DNA from: Candidatus Latescibacterota bacterium
GTDB lineage: Bacteria > Latescibacterota > UBA2968 > GCA-2709665
Reading direction: 5' to 3'
NCBI GenBank assembly: GCA_963662665.2
Contig: CAXXJS010000010.1
Span: 192,001-256,000 of the forward strand
Length of the DNA: 64,000 nt
Below the pieces are notes generated by a model. That model saw nothing but the letters and a program-made list of their open reading frames with translations, searched no databases and was not told the origin of the DNA. Below are positions 29,832 through 40,516 of the stretch, piece after piece (position 1 is the first letter of the stretch; each line of letters opens with the position of its first letter). The position numbers were made by a program, and so were the translations under genes.

Positions 29832-30917
29832 ACGTCCAGCGACGGCATCAGCCACCGCATCGCCCACTTCGTACGTCCTGGCGGCGCCTCCCAGATCGAC
29901 CGGGTGGTTCTTCGGATTGTCCAGCGTTCGATCGACGGCGCGGTCAATCGTCTCGGAAGCCGCGACGGCTTCAGGATCGTTGTGACGCGCTCCCAGCCAG
30001 GACAGCATCATCCCGGCGGAAACGATCTGGGCCATGGGATTGGCGATGCCCTTCCCGGCTATGTCGGGGGCGGTACCGTGGGAAGGCTGGAAGACGCCGT
30101 AGCGGTCGCCTACGTCGGCCGAAGGCGCCATACCCATCCCGCCGATGGTTGCGGCGGCCAGGTCCGATATGATATCCCCGAACATATTTTCCGCAACGAC
30201 AACGTCGTACCAGGCCGGGTTGCGCAGCTGATACACGGTGAATGCATCCACGTAGGCATAATCCCGTTCGATTTCGGGATACGATTCGGCGATCTCGTCG
30301 TAGATCTGCCGGAAAAAAGCCATACTCTTCAGAATGTTGGCTTTGTCAACGGAGGTGACGCGGCTCCTGCCGTCTGCGGGCGCCCCCTTCCGTTGTTTCG
30401 CGATTTCAAAGGCGTACCGGACGATCCGTTCGGTACCGGCGCGGGTGATGACCATATTGTCCACTGCAAGGCTGTCGCCCAGGCGGACCCCGGCGCCGCG
30501 AGAGGCGTAGAGTCCTTCGGTATTCTCACGCAGGATGACGTAGTCGAGCGGCGGATTCCCATCGAGAAGCGGAGGCACACCGCGAAATTTCCTGATGGGT
30601 CTGATCCCGGCGTAAAGGTCGAGTTCGAAGCGCAGTGTCAGTTGCGGGGCGATTTCCGTGCCGTCGGGAAACCGGATATCGGGGTCGCCCGCGGAACCGA
30701 AGAGCACGGCGTCGGCCTGCTTGCACGCGTCGAGGGTGGGATCGGGCAGGTCATTACCGGTTTCGGCGTAACACCTTGCGCCTACCTGGTGTTCGGAAAA
30801 GGTGAACCGGAGACCGGGATGCGGCTCCTCGAGCGCCAGGAGGACTTTAAGCGCTTCCCCCACTACTTCCGGGCCGACGCCGTCTCCGGGGAGTACCGCG
30901 ATGTTATACGTTGGCAT
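29829..30917 (-). CDS. Isocitrate/isopropylmalate dehydrogenase family protein
   Basis: LPGDGVGPEV, RENTEG, DKAN, NMFGDIISD, HGTAPDIAGKGIANP. Confidence 0.93.
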   Translation of the reverse strand: MPTYNIAVLPGDGVGPEVVGEALKVLLALEEPHPGLRFTFSEHQVGARCYAETGNDLPDPTLDACKQADAVLFGSAGDPDIRFPDGTEIAPQLTLRFELDLYAGIRPIRKFRGVPPLLDGNPPLDYVILRENTEGLYASRGAGVRLGDSLAVDNMVITRAGTERIVRYAFEIAKQRKGAPADGRSRVTSVDKANILKSMAFFRQIYDEIAESYPEIERDYAYVDAFTVYQLRNPAWYDVVVAENMFGDIISDLAAATIGGMGMAPSADVGDRYGVFQPSHGTAPDIAGKGIANPMAQIVSAGMMLSWLGARHNDPEAVAASETIDRAVDRTLDNPKNHPVDLGGAARTYEVGDAVADAVAGR

Positions 30918-30927
30918 GTACGTCCTT

Positions 30928-32058
30928 TCAAAAGATACGGAATCCGCCCTCGGATCTTACGCCGCGTTCCAGCATGTCCGGCTCGACGTCGAATCCCGCA
31001 CCGGGGGTATCGGGTACGATCAGCCTGCCGTTTCGCGTCTGCCATCCGTCAAGGACGATGCCCGGCATGTTTGCGGGAGCCGCCTCCAGGAGGCTGAAAT
31101 TGGGTATGGATGCGGCGAAGTGGGCGTGTGCGTAACGTTCGATAACACTCCCCCAGCAATGAGGGGCGCACTTCGCACCCCAGGGCTGGATCCGATCCGC
31201 GGTTGCTTTCCACCAGGTCAGACCCTTGAATCGGAAGTCGTGCTGAACAACGTCGATCCACCCCTTTTCGACCATATCGAAGAAGTCGGGCGGTGGCGGC
31301 CCGGATTCGCCGTCGGCCACGAGCGTATCGCACCCGCTTTGTTCGATGGCTTCCTTAAGGGCCTGGTTGAACGCCCGGTCTTCGGGAAACGGTTCTTCGA
31401 GCCAATAGATCTCCGCTCCCCCGCAGCGTTCGAGGATGCCCAGAGCGATGTTGAGCGTGGTACCGTTGTTGGCGTCAATGAGAATTTTTGCATCCGGTCC
31501 CGCTGCTTCCCGAACCGCGTGGATTACCAGAACGTCCCGGTCCGTTCCCTCCCGGACGGGCATCCAGCGCGCGCCGCGACCGATTTTTATTTTGAAATTG
31601 CGATAGCCGTGGCTGTGACCGGTCCGGACCTCTTCGTGAAAGATGCGCCGCGCCTGGTCGTCGTCGGCTCCGAGGTCGTCGATGTAGATGGAGCCGTCAT
31701 AGAGTTCCACTTCGCGGGCGCCGCGCGCGCCCAGAAGTTGATACAGAGGTGTCTCTTCACATCTGGCGGCAAGGTCCCACAGGGGCAGGTCGATGGCCGC
31801 GCCGGCCCCTCTTGAACCGCGGGGAAGCTCAAAGAAGTCCGATGGACGTTTGCCAAGCAGCGTCGCGGCACGCTCCCTGTCAAGCGATGACCAGCCGATA
31901 CCCACGGCGCCGCCGCCGGTGGAAATGCGCACAACCGGGTCGGTGACGGCACGGCCATGCGCGCCGATGCGGGCGTTACATCCGACGTTGCGCGGACGCT
32001 TCCCCCGGAGGACAACCTTTTCGATCTTGACAATGGGGTCGGTAAAAGCACTGGTCAT
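30928..32058 (-). CDS. Mandelate racemase/muconate lactonising enzyme family protein
   Basis: DLPLWDL, KIKIG, DANN, WLEEP, DGE, PHCW. Confidence 0.88.
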   Translation of the reverse strand: MTSAFTDPIVKIEKVVLRGKRPRNVGCNARIGAHGRAVTDPVVRISTGGGAVGIGWSSLDRERAATLLGKRPSDFFELPRGSRGAGAAIDLPLWDLAARCEETPLYQLLGARGAREVELYDGSIYIDDLGADDDQARRIFHEEVRTGHSHGYRNFKIKIGRGARWMPVREGTDRDVLVIHAVREAAGPDAKILIDANNGTTLNIALGILERCGGAEIYWLEEPFPEDRAFNQALKEAIEQSGCDTLVADGESGPPPPDFFDMVEKGWIDVVQHDFRFKGLTWWKATADRIQPWGAKCAPHCWGSVIERYAHAHFAASIPNFSLLEAAPANMPGIVLDGWQTRNGRLIVPDTPGAGFDVEPDMLERGVRSEGGFRIF

Positions 32059-32180
32059 ATGTAGGGCCCAGGAATCCCGTATGGATGTGCGGAATGATAA
32101 AGTAAGCCAAAAAACGGGGGTTGGAAATCAAAAAAGCCTGTGTCGTCAGGCCTTCCGTTTTAGTACTCAGGAATTTGGTC

Positions 32181-32209
32181 TTGACGGACGGTACAAGATG
32201 TAGTATTTT
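32181..32209 (+). promoter_or_regulatory. Possible sigma70 promoter for smc
   Basis: TTGACG-17 nt-TATTTT upstream of smc. Confidence 0.4.
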
Positions 32210-32435
32210 TCAGGCATCGCGACGGATAATTCCCCAATTTGTTGCGTAATCCGCACCTCCCCAACCCTCCCCGTTTCCATTTATCCTTGCTTTTCCGGAC
32301 CAATAGCGAACGTCCGCGCAGTCCGGGTGAGGACACGACGGATCGGAACGCCTGGCGTTTCCTCCCCACCAGGGTGTCGGTCGCGTGTATCCGTACTGAC
32401 AGGCCGGATGTTTGTGTTTTTCAGGAGGCGGTACT

Positions 32436-35400
32436 TTGCATCTTTCCCGGCTGACGGCATTGGGCTTCAAATCCTTCGTGCAACAGCTGGACCTTTCGCT
32501 CCAGAATGGCATTACCTGCGTTGTGGGGCCTAACGGCTGCGGCAAATCGAACGTGGTTGATGCGCTGCGCTGGGCGCTGGGCGAGCAGCGGGTCCGGTCG
32601 TTGCGCAGCACCAATATGGAAGATGTGATTTTTTCGGGTACACGGAATCGGAAACCACTCGGGATGGCCGAGGTATCAATCACGATTGACAATGCGGAAC
32701 GGATTCTGCCGGTTGACTATACCGAGGTAACCGTTACCCGACGGCTGTTCCGGTCCGGAGACAGCGACTATCTGCTGAACAGGGTCCCCTGCCGGTTGAA
32801 GGACATCCAGAATCTGCTGATGGATACGGGACTGGGCGCTCACGCCTACTCCGTGATAGAGCAGGGGATGATGGATGAGATCATCAGCGATAAACCCGAG
32901 GAACGGAGGCGCCTCTTCGAAGAGGCCGCGGGCGTAACCCGTTACAAAGTACAGCGGCGGGCGGCGTGGAACCGTCTGGAGTCTGTCCGGAGGGACCTGG
33001 TGACCGTAGACGCAGTCATGGATCAGATCGAACGCCAGGTGAAATCCCTCGCACGGCAGGAGCGGAAAGCGCGGCTCTACAGACAGCTCTCGGACCAGAT
33101 GAAGGACCTCGAGGTCCGGTTGGGTCGCTACCGGTTCTTTCAGATGTCCGAAAGATCCCGGCCGGTTGCGGATGAGATGGCCTTTCTCAATGAGGACGTG
33201 GCGTTGGCCTCCGGTGACGTCGCTCGACTGGAGGCTCGTCTGGAGGCGGTTCGCACGGAACTGACCGAACGGGATCATGCACTCACGGAAGCCAACGCGG
33301 CGGTGAGCCGGCAGAGCGGACTGGCGCATCGGAAGCAAACGGATATCGAGGTCGAGCAGGAGAAAGTCCGTTCTATCGACACATTCCTCCAGCAGGCGGC
33401 CCGGCGACAGGAGGAACTGGCCGCACGGCGGGATATAGCGAGCGAGGGGGCAAAGGATGCGGCGCAGCGAGGGACCCGGGACCGGGAGGCGCTGCAACGC
33501 GCGGAAGCAGCATTGGCGGCGGAGCAGGCCGTGCTGGACGCGACGAACCAGGGCCTCGACGCGCGACGAAACCGGACGGACGAACAGAAGACACAACTGT
33601 TGAGCGCGATGGGTGAAATCACAGGTGGGAGCAGACGGCTGGAACGCGGCCAGGCCAGGCTGGAGGGAATTGCACAGCGCCAGGCCCGCCTTGAAGCGGA
33701 TGCGAAGCAGTCGACGCTACTGAAAGAGGAGGCAGACGACTCCCGTCGTGAGGCCGAACGGCAGATTGATCACCTGGAAAGTGAAGTTGCCGAACAAACC
33801 GAGCTCAGGGAGACTTACGCGGCTGAATACAGGCGGCTGAATGAAGAACAGGAAAGCATGACGGAAAAACGCAGCCTGCTGCGGGCTCAACGGGAGGCCG
33901 ACGGAGCGCGGGTTGGCCTTTTGAAAAAGCTTCGGGAGGGATTCGAAGGGTATTCCAACGGTGTACGCGCGCTGGCGGTCGATTCTCCGTTTGCGGACCG
34001 TGTGCGCGGCGTGGTTGCGGACCGCATTGAAGTGGATACGCGGTATGCGACTGCCATTGAAGCGGCTCTCGGACGCGCGCTGGAATGTCTGCTGGTGGAC
34101 GAGCCCGCCGACGCGGTGAAGGCAATGGATTACCTTAGATCGGGCGACCGCGGATCGGCTGCGTTTCTGCCGCTGAATTTCGTTTCCGGCGGCAACGGCG
34201 TCCCCTGGACGCCGCCGGATGACGCAGGGGTAGCGGGTAGAGCGTCGGATCTGCTGCGCGGTGAAGATTCACCCGTTCACGCACTGCTGCAACGGACGCT
34301 CGTGGTGGACAACTCGTATAACGCGCTTCCCCTTCTGGAAAAAATGCGGCCGCTTGGCGTGGACGTGGTCACCGAGAAAGGCGAGCTGTTTTCGGCCGAC
34401 GGGACGATATTCGGCGGGAAGAAGGTCGATGGCGGAACGGGACTGATCGGACGCAGACAGGAGATTGTATCGCTGGAAGCGAATCTGAGTACCGCCGACG
34501 TCGAACTGACGGCGTTGGCTGCGGAAATCGAAAACGGCGCTGCATCGATTAACGAATTGCAGACCCGCATTGGCGACACGGACGGTATTCTGACGGACCT
34601 GAACAATCGTCTGACCGGGCACCGCCAGGATCTTCAGGTCGCGCAGGCCGAAGAACAGCGACAGGTGCGCTTCGAGTCGGAAATACGCGATGAAATCGCC
34701 GCGCTGACGTCCGGCGAAACCTCACTGAGGGAATCGATCGCTTCCGAGGCCGCGGAATTGGACGTACTGGAAAAACGTCGGGAACAATTGGAAACGGCAA
34801 CGCGTGAGGCGGACGTGTCGATGCGGGAACGGGAGCACCGGCAGCGGTCGGAACAGGACGCCGTCTCCAGGCGGCAGGTAGAGATCGCTTCACTGAAAGC
34901 CGGCGTGGACCGGCACGGAGACGAAGCGCAGAGATGGGCTCGGGACCTGGCCGAATCAAAACGCGAAATCGAACGACTGGCCGCCGATTGCGGGAAACGA
35001 AAGAAGGAAAGGACCGACCTTGAGAAATCCGCTCAGGCTGCCGCGAAGGAACTGGAGGTCCTGCATCGCAGACAGGACGAACTGGAGGCGGAGCGGGACA
35101 GGCAGGCGGAGCGCCAGCAGGCGTTGCTGACGGATACCCGGAAGTTGGAAGACAGTGCGCGGGACAAGAACCGGCGGGCGAACCGGAACCGGGAACGATT
35201 GGGCGAACTGCAGGGCGAGATGGCGGAACTCAGAACGGGGGCCGAGGCGTTACGCTCTCGAATTCTGGACGAACACGAGGTGGATATCAAACAAGCGGGC
35301 GCGTTGGACGATCCGGAATTCGACGAAGACGTCACTGACAGACGGACAAGCGGGCTTCGCGAACGGCTCCGTCGGATGGGTCCGGTCAACCTCGCCGCCG

Positions 35401-36032
35401 TGGAAGAGTATGAGGACCAGAAGCAACAGTACGAGTTTATGTCCAAACACAGGAGCGATCTGCTGGACGCGGCGGAAACCCTTCAGCGCACCATATCGAA
35501 GATCGACCGGACGGCCCGCGGCCGTTTTATGGTAACGTTCGATCAGATCAGGGAGAATTTCCGGAAAACGTTCGAGGCGTTTTTCGAAGGCGGCCAGGCG
35601 GATCTCCTGATGCCTGCGGACCAGGACCCGCTGGAAGCGCCGCTGGAGATTATCGCCCGTCCGAAAGGCAAACAACTGCAGCATATCAATCTGCTTTCCG
35701 GTGGAGAACGGGCGTTGACCGCGATTGCGCTGTTGTTCGCAATCTACCTGGTGAAACCCAGCCCGTTCTGTATCCTCGACGAGGTCGACGCCCCTCTGGA
35801 CGATGCCAACGTCGCACGTTTCGTGCGGGTGCTCAAACGGTTCTCGGCCGACACCCAGTTCATCGTGGTGACCCACAACAAGGTCACGATGGCAGCGGCG
35901 GACTGTCTGCACGGGATTACCATGGAAGAGCCGGGGGTGTCCAGGCTGGTATCCGTCAGGCTGGACCACGAAACCCACGGCGGAAACGGGCGGGCGGAAG
36001 CGGTGGCGGAGACCACGGCCGCGGACGATTGA
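32436..36032 (+). CDS. smc: Chromosome segregation protein SMC
   Basis: GFKSF, GPNGCGKSN, hinge domain, LSGGE, LDEVDAPLD; AGGAGG RBS before TTG 32436. Confidence 0.97.
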   Translation: MHLSRLTALGFKSFVQQLDLSLQNGITCVVGPNGCGKSNVVDALRWALGEQRVRSLRSTNMEDVIFSGTRNRKPLGMAEVSITIDNAERILPVDYTEVTVTRRLFRSGDSDYLLNRVPCRLKDIQNLLMDTGLGAHAYSVIEQGMMDEIISDKPEERRRLFEEAAGVTRYKVQRRAAWNRLESVRRDLVTVDAVMDQIERQVKSLARQERKARLYRQLSDQMKDLEVRLGRYRFFQMSERSRPVADEMAFLNEDVALASGDVARLEARLEAVRTELTERDHALTEANAAVSRQSGLAHRKQTDIEVEQEKVRSIDTFLQQAARRQEELAARRDIASEGAKDAAQRGTRDREALQRAEAALAAEQAVLDATNQGLDARRNRTDEQKTQLLSAMGEITGGSRRLERGQARLEGIAQRQARLEADAKQSTLLKEEADDSRREAERQIDHLESEVAEQTELRETYAAEYRRLNEEQESMTEKRSLLRAQREADGARVGLLKKLREGFEGYSNGVRALAVDSPFADRVRGVVADRIEVDTRYATAIEAALGRALECLLVDEPADAVKAMDYLRSGDRGSAAFLPLNFVSGGNGVPWTPPDDAGVAGRASDLLRGEDSPVHALLQRTLVVDNSYNALPLLEKMRPLGVDVVTEKGELFSADGTIFGGKKVDGGTGLIGRRQEIVSLEANLSTADVELTALAAEIENGAASINELQTRIGDTDGILTDLNNRLTGHRQDLQVAQAEEQRQVRFESEIRDEIAALTSGETSLRESIASEAAELDVLEKRREQLETATREADVSMREREHRQRSEQDAVSRRQVEIASLKAGVDRHGDEAQRWARDLAESKREIERLAADCGKRKKERTDLEKSAQAAAKELEVLHRRQDELEAERDRQAERQQALLTDTRKLEDSARDKNRRANRNRERLGELQGEMAELRTGAEALRSRILDEHEVDIKQAGALDDPEFDEDVTDRRTSGLRERLRRMGPVNLAAVEEYEDQKQQYEFMSKHRSDLLDAAETLQRTISKIDRTARGRFMVTFDQIRENFRKTFEAFFEGGQADLLMPADQDPLEAPLEIIARPKGKQLQHINLLSGGERALTAIALLFAIYLVKPSPFCILDEVDAPLDDANVARFVRVLKRFSADTQFIVVTHNKVTMAAADCLHGITMEEPGVSRLVSVRLDHETHGGNGRAEAVAETTAADD

Positions 36033-36078
36033 ACGCGGCCGCGATCACGACATCAGAGTTGGCGCAAGACCGGTATGT

Positions 36079-38148
36079 TCATACCGAACCCAGGCTCTTC
36101 AGAATCTTCGCGACAATGGCATCCGTATCGTGCACGCCGGACAGCCGTTCGACGATGATTCCCTGCGGATCGACCAGGAAATAGGCCGGTATCCCGCGAA
36201 CGTTGTAGTCAACAACGGGACCGGAACCGGAGACCCCGGAGCGTACGTGTACCCCGTCGATCCCGTGTTCTTCAATGGCCTTGCGCCACGCGGCGTCGCT
36301 CGAATCCAGTGAAAGGTTAACGAAAACCACCGGCAAATCGGTGGTTTTCTTCTTTAATTTCCGGATAGACGGCAGGTTGGCGATGCATGGCCCGCACCAA
36401 CTCGCCCAGAAGTCCAGCAGCACCACCTTGCCTCTGAACTGGCTGAGGGATACCTGCTGCCCTCCCAGATCCGTCAGTGTAAATTCGGGCGCGGGACGGC
36501 CCGGCCGCAGCACCATCGCCTTTTCCAACGCCGCCAGGACCGCCGCGTTGTATTCCGGGTAGGGGTTGGTTGCGCGGAAGTCCCGCCATTTGCGACGGAC
36601 CAGTTCAAAGTTCTCGCCGCCGTACTCGAAACTTCGGATCAATTCCCCGGCCAGGAACCAGTAAAGCACGCGCCCTTTCAATTTCTTCTCGGCCAAGTCA
36701 ATCCTGTGTGGAAGCCTGGGTATGGACCGTTTCCTGATTGCATAGATCGAATCCAGCTTCGCCTGCACCGCCTGTGGCAGACCCAGACCCGCGAGGTCCA
36801 GCTTCTGGGACAGCTTGAGCGGCTGTCGGTTCTCGTACAGGGAGTCCAGATGTGCGACCACTTCCGGCGTCTGGTCCAATTCCGACAGATCCACCATTTC
36901 GGACAGCTTCTGCGTCTTGCGGATCGACTTCAATTGCCCTTCCATGTCCATGCCTTCTTCTACGGGCAGCCGGATAACCAGCGAACCGCCTGTGGTATCG
37001 ATTTCCGGTTTTTTCAGCTTGCTTGAAGTCGTGATCCTGTACGATCTGCCACTCTTTTCGTATAAGTAGTCGAGGCGGGCGTGAGCTGCCTGCGGGACGC
37101 CCAATTTCGGCAAATCGATGATGTCGGACAGTGTGGAACTGCTCCTGTTGTCATACAACGAATCAAGCCTGTCCGCGACCGGTTTCGGCAGATCCGATGC
37201 TCCCAGCCGGATCATTTTTGACAGCTTCGGGTGCCACCCGTACAGTGCATAGAGTGCGTCGAGACCTGCGACGGTCTCCTCCCGAAGAACCAGACTCGAC
37301 AAATCGTATTGATCGCTGAGCCTGTCGGACACGGGCATCCTCATCATTTCCAGGTCCAGCGTCCGGATGAGGTAGATCTTATACGTATCCATGCCGATCG
37401 CCTTCTCGTCCACCAGCGGGACCCGTTTCAGGAAGTCGTGGAATTCAGGCGGGATATCCGGGTTCTCCCGGCCGGTGGCGCGCCGGTAATTTTCCGGGTA
37501 TGAAATCTTCAGAAAGGCATACGTGTAGTTGAAAAAGCGTTTCGCATACTCGACGAATTCCGGCGAGAACGCGTATCTCGTTCGCCGCCTGTCCAGGAAT
37601 TCAAGCTGCTCCGTGCGCCACCCGTCCGCCAGGCGCGAAAAGTCTGCCGCCTTCACTGTCCTGGAGTCCCTGATTTCCTTTTGGAAGTCCTGGAACCGGG
37701 GGTACCATTCGGCAATAAACCGGCTGTTGTCCGCGTTGGTTCCGTTGAACCGGAACGAGGTATAGAGATGTCCGGGGTGGATTTTGATATGCAGGCTGTC
37801 GCCGGGCTCGACAAACAGCACCAGGGGACCGGGCTTGAAGATGGACGACGCGGCCTGCCGCACCCACTTCCACGGGACGCTTCTGCCCTTGTAACTCCCC
37901 CGAACGAGGGACCCTCGGACGACGGGAATCTCGAGGGCGAACCGGTTCCGGCTGTCCAGGCGCACGCGCTGCTCGGATTGTCGTCCCAGCGCCCAGGGCG
38001 AGTCATACTTGAACGTGATCTCTCTCGATGTCGGGTCCCGGACTTCACCTGTGATAACCGCGACCGAAGGCTCGCCGCTTTCCGCGGCAAAAGCAGCGGT
38101 CGACGCGGCAAGCAGGACGAACAGAATCTGACAGATTGCGCTCTTCAT
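36079..38148 (-). CDS. Exported TlpA/redoxin family protein with internal ~31-aa repeats
   Basis: Signal peptide; C-terminal APEFTL..LLDFWASWCGPC..GIPAYFLVD. Confidence 0.85.
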   Translation of the reverse strand: MKSAICQILFVLLAASTAAFAAESGEPSVAVITGEVRDPTSREITFKYDSPWALGRQSEQRVRLDSRNRFALEIPVVRGSLVRGSYKGRSVPWKWVRQAASSIFKPGPLVLFVEPGDSLHIKIHPGHLYTSFRFNGTNADNSRFIAEWYPRFQDFQKEIRDSRTVKAADFSRLADGWRTEQLEFLDRRRTRYAFSPEFVEYAKRFFNYTYAFLKISYPENYRRATGRENPDIPPEFHDFLKRVPLVDEKAIGMDTYKIYLIRTLDLEMMRMPVSDRLSDQYDLSSLVLREETVAGLDALYALYGWHPKLSKMIRLGASDLPKPVADRLDSLYDNRSSSTLSDIIDLPKLGVPQAAHARLDYLYEKSGRSYRITTSSKLKKPEIDTTGGSLVIRLPVEEGMDMEGQLKSIRKTQKLSEMVDLSELDQTPEVVAHLDSLYENRQPLKLSQKLDLAGLGLPQAVQAKLDSIYAIRKRSIPRLPHRIDLAEKKLKGRVLYWFLAGELIRSFEYGGENFELVRRKWRDFRATNPYPEYNAAVLAALEKAMVLRPGRPAPEFTLTDLGGQQVSLSQFRGKVVLLDFWASWCGPCIANLPSIRKLKKKTTDLPVVFVNLSLDSSDAAWRKAIEEHGIDGVHVRSGVSGSGPVVDYNVRGIPAYFLVDPQGIIVERLSGVHDTDAIVAKILKSLGSV

Positions 38149-38446
38149 AAGTCGATCCCCCATTCGGATCTCTTGTCACCCGACGCGCCAAACCCTGAGG
38201 CGACGTTCGCCGGAATTACGACACACAACTCAATCGTTTGCGATAGGCAATACGCCCGGTCGTCGCTGTTGAACCCAACCTGCGGCGTCAATGATAATCG
38301 CACCGCATTCCGCGGATACTTTTCCGTCCTCCCAGACACACAAAAAGATAGCCAATTTGCCGTCCGGAAGCGAACGCAAACGTCCGTCCCGCGACAGAGC
38401 CATTTCCGGCGATTGTCACGGAGACACTGATTGGTACAAACTGGAA

Positions 38447-40516
38447 TCATTCCGATTTTCTGGGGTTTTCGAAGATAGCCAGGTTGTTGTTCAGAAGGGC
38501 GTAGATATAATCGCCCCTTAGAATAAACATATCGCGTCCACGAACGGCCCCTCGCGGGTCAGATCTAAGAATGTTGGGGCCGAGGCGATAGGTAAACCGT
38601 TTATACAACCCGAGTGTCTCCATCCGCTTATACGCGCCGTAGACGGTTTTGCTATATGTTTGGACCGATCCACCTCTGAGGGCGTAGGCCGACTTTCCTT
38701 CGATCTTCATCAACGTTGGCAGACGCGTCCACGGGAGGTAGTCGACTTCCACCGGCTTCCGGGGATCGCTGATGTCCACAATCGCAATCTCGCGCGGCAG
38801 GGGTCGTTCGACATATGCCCGATCGTCATCAACGGTAAGTGGCCCCAATCCGGGCGGTGCGGCACGCGTGTACGCTTGTTTTCCGTGGATTTGCATCATC
38901 CGCTCGAACACCCGTGCAAACCTCGGACCCGCTTCCTCCTGTATCCTTGACAGGCGTTCAGGAACCTCTCCTGAAGCCAGTTGTTGATGGAATTCCTGAA
39001 CCATCGTCTCGTAACGGACAGAACGACCGAATCGACGCAGCGGCGTCCGGCTCAATATTGAGGGGCGACCGGAATCTGCAAGATCCAGAATCATGAAATC
39101 GTGTCCAAGCGTGAGAAATGCGCGTGGACCTGCGAACTGTATTGTCCACTCGTCGTTCCAGGCATGTTTCGCCGCCTCTTCGAGAGTCAATATCTGAGTC
39201 TGTTGTGGCAGGCCACCTTCTTGTATGTCAAACCTGTGCATTTCCAGGAATTTATCCCGGATAAGCCCCGCGTAAAGATGATTCTCCCATACTCCCCACC
39301 CTACGAACCGGGGGTTGCGCTTCAATGTTGGGGTTGTGCCTTTCTCGGTCAGATACAACAGCTTCTTCGACTGCAGCCGCACACGGTCCGGTTGGCTGAG
39401 GTCGAATATTGCGACGCCCACACTGCCGCGAAATCCGCCCCATACGTACGCACGCGAGCCGGACAACGCCAACCGTTGGAGGCGCCACCCGCCCCCGCTG
39501 ACCCGGCCGACTTGCACAGGCGCCGAGACATCCGACACGTCCACGACGCTCAGTTCCCGATCGAGTAATACAACCGCAAGTTCATCCCTCAACGCCATAT
39601 CCACCACTTTTGTTTCGTAGCGCAGGCGCCCTAACGGTCGGTTGTGGGGATGCGGGTGCGGAGATCGAACGTGATCCATTCCGATGAGGACAACTGCGCA
39701 GATCAAGGCGATTCCTCCAAGCACCCACTGGAAACGCCGTCGCAACTGCTCACTGCCTACACGGCAGGACAGAGCCAGAATGCCGCCGGCCACCAGGACG
39801 GCCACCGCGCTCCTGGCAATCAGAAGAGAAGCGTCGAATGCCTTTCGAAGGATTCCCGCGTGGTCGTGCACGCCAACGGAGAACAGGAGCCTGAAATAGA
39901 ATGCCACGATGGGCGGACCCCAGCTCCACGCAATCATTATACATACGTATGCTACCCAGGCGGCGATCAGGCACGTTACTGCAGCCTTGAGGGGATGGTT
40001 GGTAAGTGTCGATACGAGCACGGACAGGGCATAGGGAATCAAGCTGACCAGGAACCACAGGAGTACGGTCCGTCCATATCCAACGTCAGTCAGAATCTCA
40101 TCCGGCTGCCAGCCTGGCCACAGGATAAGAGACCGAGGCGGGAAGAAACCCATTTTGTCGATGAAATTTCCATCTATCGCCATATCGATGAATACACCAG
40201 CCCAATAGGAAGCCAGGACCGCCAGAAGTCCAACAGCGCCCACGATAAATTTCGTCAAGAGAATCTTCCACAAAGCCAGGGGCCGGCATAGCAGGAAGGG
40301 CAGCGTCATCCGGCTGCGCTCCCGAGCGATCGCATCCATCCCCATCAGCACCGCGCCAAAGAGACCTACCGAGTGACTGACGACATTGACATCGGCAGGG
40401 GCGAAGTCCCATTGGGAGAAAACCAGCCCGATAGTCATCGCCAACCCCGCGCACGCGGCGATTTTGTAGGCGGATTCCCGGGCTTCCTTCCAGAACAGAG
40501 CAACGATCGGGTTCAT
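38447..40516 (-). CDS. ABC transporter permease fused to an LVIVD-like beta-propeller
   Basis: FWKEARE, RERSRMTLPFLLCRP, TM segments; VVDVSDVSAP and IVDISDPRKP repeats. Confidence 0.75.
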   Translation of the reverse strand: MNPIVALFWKEARESAYKIAACAGLAMTIGLVFSQWDFAPADVNVVSHSVGLFGAVLMGMDAIARERSRMTLPFLLCRPLALWKILLTKFIVGAVGLLAVLASYWAGVFIDMAIDGNFIDKMGFFPPRSLILWPGWQPDEILTDVGYGRTVLLWFLVSLIPYALSVLVSTLTNHPLKAAVTCLIAAWVAYVCIMIAWSWGPPIVAFYFRLLFSVGVHDHAGILRKAFDASLLIARSAVAVLVAGGILALSCRVGSEQLRRRFQWVLGGIALICAVVLIGMDHVRSPHPHPHNRPLGRLRYETKVVDMALRDELAVVLLDRELSVVDVSDVSAPVQVGRVSGGGWRLQRLALSGSRAYVWGGFRGSVGVAIFDLSQPDRVRLQSKKLLYLTEKGTTPTLKRNPRFVGWGVWENHLYAGLIRDKFLEMHRFDIQEGGLPQQTQILTLEEAAKHAWNDEWTIQFAGPRAFLTLGHDFMILDLADSGRPSILSRTPLRRFGRSVRYETMVQEFHQQLASGEVPERLSRIQEEAGPRFARVFERMMQIHGKQAYTRAAPPGLGPLTVDDDRAYVERPLPREIAIVDISDPRKPVEVDYLPWTRLPTLMKIEGKSAYALRGGSVQTYSKTVYGAYKRMETLGLYKRFTYRLGPNILRSDPRGAVRGRDMFILRGDYIYALLNNNLAIFENPRKSE

